From Octopus vulgaris (taxonomy: Eukaryota), in the NCBI GenBank assembly GCA_951406725.2, contig OX597819.1, forward strand, positions 49,414,001-49,478,000: a stretch of 64,000 nucleotides of DNA, given 5' to 3'. Of the stretch, positions 1 through 12,193 are shown in pieces. The notes beneath the pieces are model-generated. The model was not told the DNA's origin. It did not search any database and was given only the letters and a program-made list of their open reading frames with translations. The position numbers and the translations under genes are program-made. Position 1 is the first letter of the stretch; every line of letters starts with the position of its first letter.

Positions 1-550
<550 letters not shown>

Positions 551-595
551 ATTTATATATTTATACATGCACACACATCCACATATATATTGATA

Positions 596-655
<60 letters not shown>

Positions 656-671
656 TGTATATGTACATATA

Positions 672-1074
672 TGTAGACACCTCTGATGAGAAGCCAATAA
701 GGTTTGTGTATCGATTAAGGTTGTTCATCGCTTTTTCAGTCTGCGGAGAAATGGCGAAAATTTGCCCTGTTTATAATTATACCATATGTTATGTATATAT
801 TATATCATACCTTGATACTGTGTGGACTAAGATCCCCATTGATAGGTCACTGGTATTTATAGTATTAAACACTTTCAGTATGCAAATTAGTGACTCCTTT
901 ATAGAGTAACTGCTGTATTTGTTGAGTATATAAGCAGTTTGGCTGCTTGTTTCTCTGTAGATTGTCAAAGTGATGTGGATGCCTCTGATGAGAACCCAAT
1001 AAGGTTCAAAATTTGATTAAGGTTGTCCATCGTTTTTCCAGTTTGTGGAGAAATGGCGAAAATTTTCCCTGTTA
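672..1074 (+). mobile_element. Tandem Penelope-type pseudo-LTR / retrozyme-like unit with two decayed type-I hammerhead motifs
   Basis: ~100 bp direct repeats 672-772 and 974-1074, each with CCT-CTGATGA-GAA(C/G)C-CAATAA-GGTT(C/T)-N4-(A/T)T(C/T)GATTA-AGG; TATA-like GTATATAAG near 926; microsatellites on both sides. Confidence 0.7.
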
Positions 1075-1097
1075 TGTGTGTGTATGTATATATATAT

Positions 1098-1470
1098 AGG
1101 TGCAAGCAATGTTTTGGGTTCAGTCCCACTGCATGGTACTTTGAGCAAGTGTCTTCTATTACAGCTTCTACAAAGCCTTGTAAGTGGATGTGGTAGAGAG
1201 ATACTGAAAGAAATCTGTTGTGTGTATGAGTGTGCATGTATATACATGTTATTATGTCCTTGCTTTGACACCATGTAGTGTCAAATGAGTGCTATTGTCA
1301 TGCATGTGATGTTCTTTGTTTCCAATCTTGCATGAAAGCATGTCTGTTTATAGGGAAATATTACCTTATTTGGAAACAGGTGTTGATAAGTAACAGGAAA
1401 GACATCTGGCTGTAGAAAATCCACTTCAACAAATTTCATCTAACCCATGCAAAATTGAATGTTCAACCTT
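1098..1470 (+). mobile_element. Diverged SINE (family A-like head, RTE-like tail)
   Basis: GGGTTCAGTCCCACTGCATGG...AAGCCTTGTAAGTGGAT head; CATCTGGCTGTAGAAAAT...AACCCATGC tail. Confidence 0.7.
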
Positions 1471-1719
1471 TGGTGAAGATGTATGTATAGTTACATATAT
1501 GTGTTTGTGAGTATATTATCTTTATCTTTCATCTTTCAGTCATGAGATTGTGGCCATGCTGGAGCATCGCCTTGCAAGAGTTTTGCTGAATGAATTGACA
1601 CCAGTACATATTTTTTTCAAGCCTAGTACTTATTTTATTGATTCCTTTTACCAAACCACTAAGTTACAAGGCTGTCTGTCAAGCCACAGTGGGTACAATG
1701 ACACACACACCACCATCAC

Positions 1720-1912
1720 CATCATCATCATCATCATCATCATTTAACATGTTTTCCATGCTGGCATGGATAGGGCAGTTTGATAGGAACTGACAAGTCT
1801 GAAGACTGCACAAAGCTCTGTTGTCTGTTTTTTCGTATGGTTCCTATGGCCGGATGCCCTTCCTAATGCCAACCACTTTACAGAGTGTACTGGGTGCTTT
1901 TTTATGTGGCAT
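1720..1912 (-). mobile_element. SINE family B 3' part with (CAT)n tail
   Basis: (CAT)n-TTTAAC...TTTCCATGCTGGCATGG...GGATGCCCTTCCTAATGCCAACC, matching other family B copies. Confidence 0.8.
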
Positions 1913-2004
1913 TACTTGTAGGATAAGATTCCTCAACTGGGGAGAGTAGTATTGAGAAATAGAAAAAATGTCTTGCACTAGAAGAGAAACATGGCTAGCT
2001 CAAA

Positions 2005-2112
2005 CAGAGAGAGAAAGAGAGAGGGAGAGAGAGAAAGAAAGAGAGAGAGAGAAAGAAAGAGAGAGAGAGAAAGAAAGAGAGAGAGAGAAAGAAAGAGAGA
2101 GAGAGAGAGAAA
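2005..2112. repeat. (GA)n/(GAAA)n purine tract
   Basis: Direct reading. Confidence 0.9.
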
Positions 2113-2639
2113 TGATAAAAATGTGACAGGAAAAGGGAATGGGTCATACACTCAAGTTATAAGGTAGCGTGTATAGTGAAGTAGACTGGGGATTGGAGAG
2201 GGAGAGAGGGAGAGTGAGTTGACAAGATAGAAAAGGTAGATATATATATATAATGGGCTATCAGTTTCCATCTACAACATCCACTCACAAGGTTCAGCCT
2301 GATGCTATAGCAGAAGACACTTTCTCAAGGTGCTATGCAGTGAATTATATATGCTTTTATGAGGTCCTGTTCAAGAGCTGTGGCCATACTGAAACTCCAC
2401 CTTTGGAAGTGATGTTGTTTCAACAATGCTTAATGTTGATTAATCTGGAATCACAAATAGTAGAGTATTCCTGTGCTTCTTGAATACATTTGCATCCATT
2501 CTATGCCTGGACTGCTCATTATTATTAACAGTATTAAACTAACAGCAGATCTTGAGGCAACCCAATGAGACTTCATGAAGAAGATGCCTCAGTGTTACAG
2601 CTAAGCTACAAGGAGGGGCTGACAGTACAGAAGCTTGGG

Positions 2640-3510
2640 GATGCCTAACTATGGCATTGATGCTGAAAACTAACAGCAAAACCTTAATTTTAATCTACAC
2701 ATGGACTGATGAAAATAAAATGCAACTTAATGCTGGAAAATTCAATGTCCTTTGCTATTAGCCTACAAATATATTCCAACCAGGATACACTGGACCTGAA
2801 GGGATTGCAATTCCAGTGTCATAATCAGTACATAACTTGGAAATAAATATAAGTAATGATGTATCTTTTCATTTACACCAAGATGGCAATGATATTTAAA
2901 TGGATGGTGGAATGGATTCTGAGAACTTTCAGAGAGCAAGAAACTACACTGCTTTTGTGGAAAACATTTGTCCTCAACTGCCTGGACTGCTCATTATTAT
3001 TAACAGTATTAAACTAACAGCAGATCTTGAGGCAACCCAATGAGACTTCATGAAGAAGATGCCTCAGTGTTACAGCTAAGCTACAAGGAGGGGCTGACAG
3101 TATTAAAACTACTCCTTTAAGAGAAGACAAAAATATATCCAGTGTCTTATATATATAAGATCCTTGGAAAGTAGCAAACTGTGGTGTAGAAAGCTATATC
3201 AATTCCCAAAAGTGTATTGTCTGGAATGTTCCATACTCCTAGCTTAAAATCAGGACTACGTATGGCAACATCCTTGGGTTGAAAGGCTCACAACTGTTCA
3301 ATATCTTACCAAAGAATTTGAAAAATTTACATGGAATGGATGCAAATGCATTCAAGAAGCACAGGAATACTCTGCTATTTGTGATTCCAGATTAATCAAC
3401 ATCATAACAAGAAATGCAAGTGTGGGCAGTAGCATCAAACTTGCTCATTCATCAAACATTAAGCATTGTTGAAACAACATCACTTCCAAAGGTGGAGTTT
3501 CAGTATGTTG
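2640..3510 (+). mobile_element. Decayed CR1/L2-group LINE ORF2 3' part (end of RT to C-terminus)
   Basis: Translations IYTWTDENKMQLNAGKFNVLCY and LGLKGSQLFNILPKNLKNLHGMDANAFKK resemble CR1-group ORF2 motifs; frameshifts and stops. Confidence 0.75.
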
Positions 3511-3894
3511 GTGTAGTCAACATAGCAAATGAGACTGGATGATTGTTTAACTGAGAACATCTCTAACAGAGCCACCACAAACAGTTATAGTCCTCTCTGA
3601 AAATCCACTCAAATTTGGTGTTTCCTTTGAGAGAGCATTGTCGACTGCACCCTTTGAACTTCTGCCTCTCCGAATTTCCTAACAATGACAAGGTCACACA
3701 GTAAGTAACACACCAGCCTATGGTTCAACTTATTATAAGCCTATGCAAAGTTGAGATATACAACATACATAGTTGAAAATGAGTGAACAGCTGTTTCAGT
3801 ATCCAGCTACAGAGGCCATGTATGGCAGTTTCTTAATTTGATTGCTGCACCAAGTGCTAAGCAGTGAGGTATTTTCTTCTAAGACCTCATTTTA

Positions 3895-4195
3895 ACTAAG
3901 ATGGACAGGTCTTCTCAAGCACAGCATATCCCCAGTCGTCCTTTTCATTTCATTCATGAGGCCCAACATTGTTCTTCACTGCTTCAATCTATGCATTCAT
4001 GATCTCCCTCTTCCTCAAGTTCCATCTGCATTTAGTGAGCAGCATCTCTTTATGCAGCCGTTGTCATCCATCTACATCACATGATCATACCATCACAATT
4101 TTCTCTCTTGTGCACTGCATCTGATTCCTCCTACGCTCAATTTTCTTTCAACCCATTTGCACTTTGTATTACATGCACATTGACATTGCACATAA
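3895..4195 (-). mobile_element. RTE-like LINE 3' fragment
   Basis: Minus-strand [21 protein letters not shown] motif resembles the RTE C-terminus; similar to 58300-58500. Confidence 0.6.
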
Positions 4196-4279
4196 AGTAT
4201 ATGCAGATGTGTAAGCGTAGGTGTCTGTGTGCAAATACAAATAGTAACTTGTGACTTCACCACCCATATGAATATGGTA

Positions 4280-4540
<261 letters not shown>

Positions 4541-5403
4541 AAATGCATACTCAATCTTTCTAAATCTACAACAGGAATTCATCTTAAAGCAGCAATCTTA
4601 CTACATTGCTCTATTAATTATATTAATTAAATTTAGACCAATATGATACAACTCATTATAGTAATTAGATTGAGTAAAATAAACAATTCAAGATATATAT
4701 ATGTATGTATAAAATATATTTTTCTGGGACCCAATTGTGCGTCTCAGTTGGTTGCATTTATAGACACACAGCTAGAACCAGTTTCAACTCAAAGTAAATA
4801 AAAGAAATTCAAAATTTCTCAGATTCTATAAAATCTCCAACAACAATGTTAAATTTCAGTCCAAACTACATAGAATTCAAATTTTCTATATTTACACAGA
4901 GTTCACCAAGTGAAGACAATATTGAAAATGTTGATGCACTCTGCTGCAATTATGGCCATGCTTACAGGAAATTGATGGGTGGAAACTGAATGGGAGCCAC
5001 CTGTGTGTGTGAGTGTGTGTATCTGTGTGTGCACCCTTGTGTGTGTGTGTCCTTTGATGTGTGCGTGTGTACATGCCCTTGTGTGTGTGTGTGTGTGAAA
5101 AGTGGTAGGAAATGAAGAGAAGTGCAGGTTGATTTAGATTGGGAGAAAAAAAAAACGAAGGAAATATATACATATACATTGAAAGGCAGAAAAAGAAAAG
5201 AAATAGAAATGCATAAGAGTAAGACCATGAGAGATGAAGATGAGAGAGGGTGGAGTAGAAAGAATAACTGAAATAAAGACAAAATGAAATACATGAAATT
5301 GGTACAAGACTTGAAGCAAAACATTTAGAATTATTGAAAGGAATTAAAAATAAATAATGTCATTTATGACATGTAATATGTTAGTGTGTATGTATGTATG
5401 TAC

Positions 5404-5808
5404 AGGTGCAGGAGTGGCTGTGTAGTAAGTAGCTTACTTACCAACCATATGGTTCTGGGTTCAGTCCCACTGCGTGGCACCTTCGGCAAGTGTCTTCTAC
5501 TATAGCCTCGGGCCGACCAAAGCCTTGTGAGTGGATCTAGTAGACGGAAACTGAAAGAAGTCTGTCGTATATATGTATATGTATATATATTTGTGTGTTT
5601 GTGTGTCTGTGTTTGTCCCCTCAACATCGCTTGATAACTGATGCTGGTGTTTTTATGTCCCCCGTAACTTAGCAGTTCAACAAAAGAGACCAATATAAGT
5701 ACTAGGCTTACAAAGAATAAGTCCTGGGGTTGATTTGCTTGACTAAAGGCGGTGCTCCAGCATGGACACTGTCAAATGACTGAAACAAGTAAAAAGAGTA
5801 AAAAAAAA
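5404..5808 (+). mobile_element. SINE family A, full length
   Basis: GGTGCAGGAGTGGCTGTGTAG...GGTTCAGTCCCAC head through ...GACTGAAACAAGTAAAAAGAGT tail. Confidence 0.92.
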
Positions 5809-6024
5809 TGAGTATGTATGCATGTATGTATCATCACCATCATCGTCATTATTTAACATTTGCTTTCCATGCTGGCATGGGTTGGGCAGTTTTTGACAGG
5901 AGCTGGCCACTAGACTTCTGTGTCTGTTTTGGCAGGGGTTTTATGGCTGGATGCTCTTCCTAACACCAACCACCTGGTAGAGTGGACTGAGTGCTTTTTA
6001 CGTGGCACAGGTACACACACACAC

Positions 6025-6057
<33 letters not shown>

Positions 6058-6121
6058 TGTATGTATGTATGTATGTATGTATGTATGTATTTATGTATGT
6101 ATGTATGTATGTATGTATGTA

Positions 6122-6154
<33 letters not shown>

Positions 6155-6404
6155 TGATAGATAGATAGATAGATGATAGAAAGATAGATAGATAAATAGA
6201 CAGATGACTGATGGATAGATGTATAGTTATAGATACACTCACACACACACATACATATATGAATATGTATGCATATAAGTAGGACTAGTAACAGAGGCTA
6301 GACATGCAACCTTGAATTTATCAATATGCTGCACATGTGAACTTTATTGATTGCAAATAGAAATAAAAACATAGGAAAACTACGAAAAAATAAGTCACAA
6401 ATCA

Positions 6405-6826
6405 ACATCATCATCATCATCGGTTAACGTCTGCTTTCCAATGCTAGCATGGGTTGGACGATTTGACTGAGGACTGGCAAACCAGATGGCTGCACCAGAT
6501 GGTTGCACCAGACTCCAATCTGATCTGGCAGAGTTTCTACAGCTAGATGCCCTTCCTAACGCCAACCATTCTGAGAGTGTAATGGGTACTCTTACGTGCC
6601 AGTCAGGCGGTTCTGGCAACACCCATGCTCAAATGGTGTTTTTACGTGTCACATGCACAGGAGCCAGTCCAGTGGCACTGGCAACGACCTCACTCAAATG
6701 TTTTTTCACGTGCTACTGGCACAAGTGCCAGTAAGGCGACACTGGTAACGATCACACTCAAATGGTGCTTTTTACATGCCACCGGCATGGAAGCCGGTTA
6801 GCTGCTCTGGCAACTATCATGCTCGG
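6405..6826 (-). mobile_element. SINE family B with internal ~60 bp tandem array
   Basis: (CAT)n tail, RTE-like 3' part, repeated GGTGYTTTTTACGTGCCA units. Confidence 0.85.
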
Positions 6827-6996
6827 AAAAAGAAATAGCAGTTGTAAAAATAATTACATGATAATCTATATACTCTCAGAACCAATATCAGTAACAACGA
6901 CAGCAACAATGACATCAGCAACATTGGCAACAACATCAGAATTATTGACAATACCAATAACAACGACAATAGCAACAACATAAGCAACTACAATAA

Positions 6997-7752
6997 TATT
7001 GGTTTCAAATTTTGGCACAAAGCCAGCAATTTTTTTTGATGGGGAGTAAGTCAATCACATTGACTCCATTACTCAGCTGGTAGTTATTTTATTGATTCCT
7101 GAAAGGGTGGAAGGCAAAGTCGACCTTAGCACACTTTGAATTCAGAGCATAAAGACGGACGAAATTCTGTTAAGTATTTCACCCAGCATGCAAGCAATTC
7201 TACCATCTTGCTGCCTTTTCGAATTTTGGCACAAGGCCAGTAATTTGGGGGGAGGGGTAAGTTGATTAGACCCCCTTTCCCCACAGAGTTCAACTGGTAC
7301 TTATTTTGTTGACCGTGAAAGGATAAAAAGACAAAGTCAACCTCAGCAGAATTTGAACTCAGAACATAAAGGCAGACAAAATGCCACCATGCATTTTGCC
7401 TAGTGTGCTAATGATTCTGCCAGCTCACCACCTTAACAACAACAACAATAATATTAACAACAACAACAACAGCAGCCGCAGCAGCAGCTGCAGCAACAAT
7501 AACAACAACAACAACCCCTGTTGCAGTTTTTCCTTAACACAATCCTTCCAATTAGAGGCAAAGGGCCTGAAACTTTAAGAGAGTGGAGTTAGTCAATTAC
7601 ACTGACCCCAGTATGCAACTGGTCTGTATTTCATCGACCCTGAAAGGATGAAAGGCAAAGTCAACCCCAGAAACATTTGAACTCAGAATGTAAACATAGG
7701 TGAAATACTACTAAGCATCTTAGACTAACAATTCTACCAGTTCGCCACCTTA
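6997..7752 (-). mobile_element. Three adjacent MetaSINE-like copies (6997-7217, 7219-7435, 7545-7752) separated by (CAA)n tracts
   Basis: Each has the reverse complement of CCTTTCATCCTTTCGGGGTCGATAAA...GTACCAG (Meta-domain-like) and a tRNA-like head GAGTTCAAAT. Confidence 0.8.
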
Positions 7753-8047
7753 TTTCTTTTAAATAGCGTAACCCCTGCACACTTGTCAGGTTTACATTCT
7801 ACCAAATTATTTTCGTTGTGTTCATCATCACCATTTCAATGTTCAATTTTCTATACTTGCATGGGTCCGGCATAATTTATGGAGTCAGATTTTCTATGGT
7901 TGGATGCCCTTCCTGTTGCCAACCCTTGTTTCCTAGCAAGGTAACGCTTCCCCTTTGGCCAGACACGGTTTCCATGGAAGAGTGGAAATGAACAACATTG
8001 CTTGTATGATAGTGATGCTCATTGATAGTGATACACACACATGCACA

Positions 8048-8089
<42 letters not shown>

Positions 8090-8093
<4 letters not shown>

Positions 8094-8270
8094 TAATCCA
8101 AACATGAAAACACAAAGAGAAACACAACAACGTGAGGACGTGGAACAAATATAGTATTAATGGACGCTCAGGAAGGAAGGGAAGAAGGAGGGTTTAACGT
8201 TTCGAGCGGAGCTCTTCGACAGAAACATAGGAAAAGGAAAGATCCAGAGAAGGGAAGATGGAGGAAAAAG
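8090..8270 (-). mobile_element. Penelope-like pseudo-LTR fragment with minimal hammerhead motif (8192-8226)
   Basis: Minus strand GTTT-CTGTCGA-A-GAGC-TCC-GCTC-GAAACGTT-AAAC; next to (TA)n; homologous to 14352-14500. Confidence 0.7.
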
Positions 8271-8602
8271 GGGAAAATAAGAAAAATCAAGGAAAATGCA
8301 CATTGTAAATAAAAAAAGAAAAGGCTATTTATGAAAGGTAACAACAGATATATACATTTAGATGGACTGAGGTAGTAATAAAAGTCATAAAAGGGTGTTT
8401 ATTCAAAGCAATGAATAGCTTATGACGAAACCATGGTATACTTTGCTTTCTGACTTTTTAATCATCTCATAATAATGACTTTTATGACTCTTATTACTAC
8501 TACCTCAGTCTATCTAAATGTATATATCTGTCGTTACCTTTCATAAAAAGCCTTTTCTTTTTTTATTTACAATCTACATTTTCATTGATTTTTATTTTCC
8601 CC
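8270..8602. repeat. Long inverted repeat (foldback), ~120 bp arms
   Basis: 8270-8392 is the reverse complement of 8479-8602 with several mismatches. Confidence 0.9.
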
Positions 8603-8648
8603 TTACATTTCCATGTGTATTTTATATTTTCTTTTTGTAACATATTTC

Positions 8649-8694
<46 letters not shown>

Positions 8695-8828
8695 TATACA
8701 ATTTTATGTAGAGATTGCTAACTTTAACAATGCTCAGAAAAAGTCTAGAATCAAAGTGCTCAAAGTTCCAATTTATAATTTGAATGGAGGCAATACCAGT
8801 GGAAAACTAGACGAACATGACCTATTAG

Positions 8829-8909
<81 letters not shown>

Positions 8910-9519
8910 GCACACATACATATGACAAGCTTCTTTCAGTTTCCGTCTACCAAATGTAAGGAGCCATGCAGTGGGACTGAACCCAGTAACACATTGTTGG
9001 GAAGCCAACTTCTTAACCACACAGCTATGCTTGCACCTGTATTATTTATGTTATCTTTTATGACAACACTAGTAGTAACACTATTTACAATTACTACAAA
9101 TGTTGTCAATGAAGATAACAAGTTTTAAGGTTTTTGCTATTTATTGTTTTTAGCCCTCAAGAGCAAGTTCATGATCAAATTTATTCTGACCATGAGAATC
9201 ACATCTGTTTTTCAAATACAGTTAATCAAGGATTGCATAATTCCAATATATCCTTCCCAATTTTTTTGTTTAATATGGTAGACTGTGAGTGAGACTGAAC
9301 TGCACTTTCTAGCAGATTATACCTCATTGAGTCTCTATTGTTGACTCTAGGGATAGGGGAAGGGGGAGTAAAAATAAATAGAAAATTGAGACATTTATGC
9401 TTTTCTATAACTGTTAAATGACTCTAAGTAGGAATAATAGAAAAAGAGCTGTATTGAGGACATATCTTGCCAGGAGGTTACATAGTCTGGGACTTTTGGT
9501 AACAACAATAACAATGTAA

Positions 9520-9552
<33 letters not shown>

Positions 9553-10559
9553 GTATATATAGTACATGCAACAATAATGGTAACAGCTGCACACATGATT
9601 TCAGCGATATGCAGGAGTCTGTTTAGTCTTCTGTTCTAATTCTATTCACATCTAGGATGCATTATAAGAATTGACCTACTTGAGTAGTACTTTACTTTGT
9701 AATTACTTGAGTGGTACTTTATTTTGCCATACTTCAATAGGATGTTGTGCAAAGCTGGCCTTGACAAGGGCTGAACCTAGAATAAAGAACTATAGCTAAA
9801 TACCACAGGCATTTTCTCCAGTTCTTGAACAATTTCTGCAAATTCACTCTATTTTCTAGAAATAGCAGCCAGATTACAGTCTACCTTATTGATACACAAA
9901 CATATTGGACGATGAAGTATCCAACATATACCAAGGCAGGATTGTTAGACTGGATTGCCTTTCATCATAAATTTGCTCAATCAGGACGACTTGGAGTTAA
10001 ACAGTAACACAAACCAATGAAAGAACCTCTTTGTAGTTGCTTAACCTGTTAGAAATAGCATCAAATTCCTTCAAATTACACCTGATTATCTTAAAAAAGA
10101 GGAACTCCTTGAATAATATACTTAGATATAGGGTTACTTACACCCCTGTTTGATTGGGATTGTTCCAGCATCTTGACTAGTTTGAAATTCAACTCCAGTT
10201 TTTTTTTATGATTTTGACTGATAGCACACAAGGCATTGATGTTAATTAGTTTTTCTAGCATGTTATGAGACACCTGTAGCAGGAACTCAACCATGATTTG
10301 AAGCTAAAACTATCTGTCTCACTCACATACAAAACTAGAATATTTGGAATTGTTCCTACAATGGAAAAGAAGAACAGATGGCCATTGTAAATACCAGATA
10401 CCTCCAAGGAAAATCAGTTGGCAACGAGGAATTCTTCTTGAGCTAAAAGAAACAATAAAATTCCCTAAACTCTGACATGTTCACACATCAGTAACTATTG
10501 AAATTTGGCATTATATAACATGTTTTCCATGAGAAATGGAGTGACAGAGAGGGATGATT

Positions 10560-11520
10560 GAACTTGTTCCAAAGACAAATCACCAAAAGTAGAAGGTAGA
10601 AGTTAAATTCTTGGATATGCACATTATTTCTGGTGAGAAAGCTGAGATCTTGACAAATTCCTTTGTTTCAGTTACTGACAATCATAGATTGATGTAAAAA
10701 GTCATTGATTTTTGTGGAGACAAATGCAACACAAATTTTGGTAATGTAAAATGGAAAAAGAAGAACATATTTAGTTGATCATAAACCAAACTTGGAAGGG
10801 ACCTTTTCATGGTGTACATATTGTGAACAACTATCTCCAGTCAGCTGTCAATGTAATACCAACTGATATTGAAGTGCTTATTGTGAAAAATTCTCAAATA
10901 TTTTCATATCTATTCTCTGTCACCTCTCTATTACTTATTTCAACCATTAGACTGCAGTCATGCTGGAGCACCACCTTGGAGGGATTAGTCAAACAAATCG
11001 ATACATGTATTTATTTATTGAGTGTGATACCTATTCTTTTGGCCTCTTTAGCCTAAAACTAAGTTATGAGGATATAAGCAAGCCAACACTGGTTGTCAAG
11101 CCACACACACACATATATAGTTTATAGTCATTTATATTCATTTAAAAGAAGGAGAAAATGGAACTTGTGAAGTTAATAATTGTTTATTATTAATTGCAAA
11201 TTGGTCATCTTCCCTTACAGCTGTTTCAATTAATAATCAATAAACATTAAATTTACATTTATGTGACAGTCTGCAGTGCAGGCCAACAAGAGCATTGGAA
11301 AGCAAGTAGTAAACATTGGTCAATATTTGAAGAAGCTGTCATTGCAAAGAGCTTTTGAGCTTCTAAGGCAGAAGCTTAGGCAACACAAAACTATGAATGA
11401 AAATGGAATTTTTTTTTTTTTACCTTTTGTTAATTGCAAAGAAATACACATAATATTAAAAATAATCTCAATGTTGTAGAAGAATACACTTTGTCTTCCA
11501 AGTAATTGTACACCAGTTTA
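10560..11520 (+). pseudogene. Decayed hAT-superfamily transposase fragment (possibly Blackjack-like)
   Basis: VEVKFLDMHIISGEKAEILTN...KVIDFCGDKCNTNFG and GVHIVNNYLQSAVNVIPTDIEVLIVK resemble the hAT DN.NTNFGG and CxxH motifs; stops present; interrupted by a SINE at ~10930-11110. Confidence 0.6.
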
Positions 11521-11524
11521 AAGA

Positions 11525-11812
11525 GTGACCTGGCTCTCCATTGGTTACAATGATGAGCATTCTAGTTGAAACAATCAGTCAAACAACCTGCTCATGAAAT
11601 TAATGTGTAAGCGGCTGAGCGCATTTACCCCTAATATAGTTCTCAAGGAGATTCAGTGTGACACAGGTGCAACTTCTTTTTGCCAGCTGAGTGGATTTGA
11701 GCAACGTAAAATAAAGTGTCTAGCTCAAGGACACAACATGCCCACAGGAAATGAACACACAAATGTACAATCATGAGCCAAACACCCTAGCCACTAAGCC
11801 CATGCACCTTCT
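11525..11812 (-). mobile_element. SINE family C (CAGCTGAGTGGA core)
   Basis: GCCAGCTGAGTGGA...AAAGTGTCTAGCTCAAGGACACAAC...CCCTAGCCACTAAGCC; related to 29123, 43059, 47100 and 57800 copies. Confidence 0.75.
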
Positions 11813-12153
11813 CAAGAGTGATTTCTGTAATTAATAATGTAGTCAGAAGAGAGGGATAGTATAATAGAAGCTACTGTCAGGGACATCTGATTACTAAAGT
11901 AAATGTCCCACCAAGTTGCTTGGATTTTTTTAACAAAATCAAAAATTACAATGAATTTTTTAGAAAAGTAGTTTCATGTGAAACATATGAAAGTACTGGT
12001 GGTTGAATAAAATATCACCTGACAATAAGATATTTCTTGAACACCTTTACAGAAAAATATCTTTCGTAGCCTAATTATGGTGTACTCTGAGAAATATCTA
12101 CCTTTTTGATATGTGTGTGTGCATGTGTGCATGTGTGTGTGTATGTGTGCATG

Positions 12154-12193
<40 letters not shown>

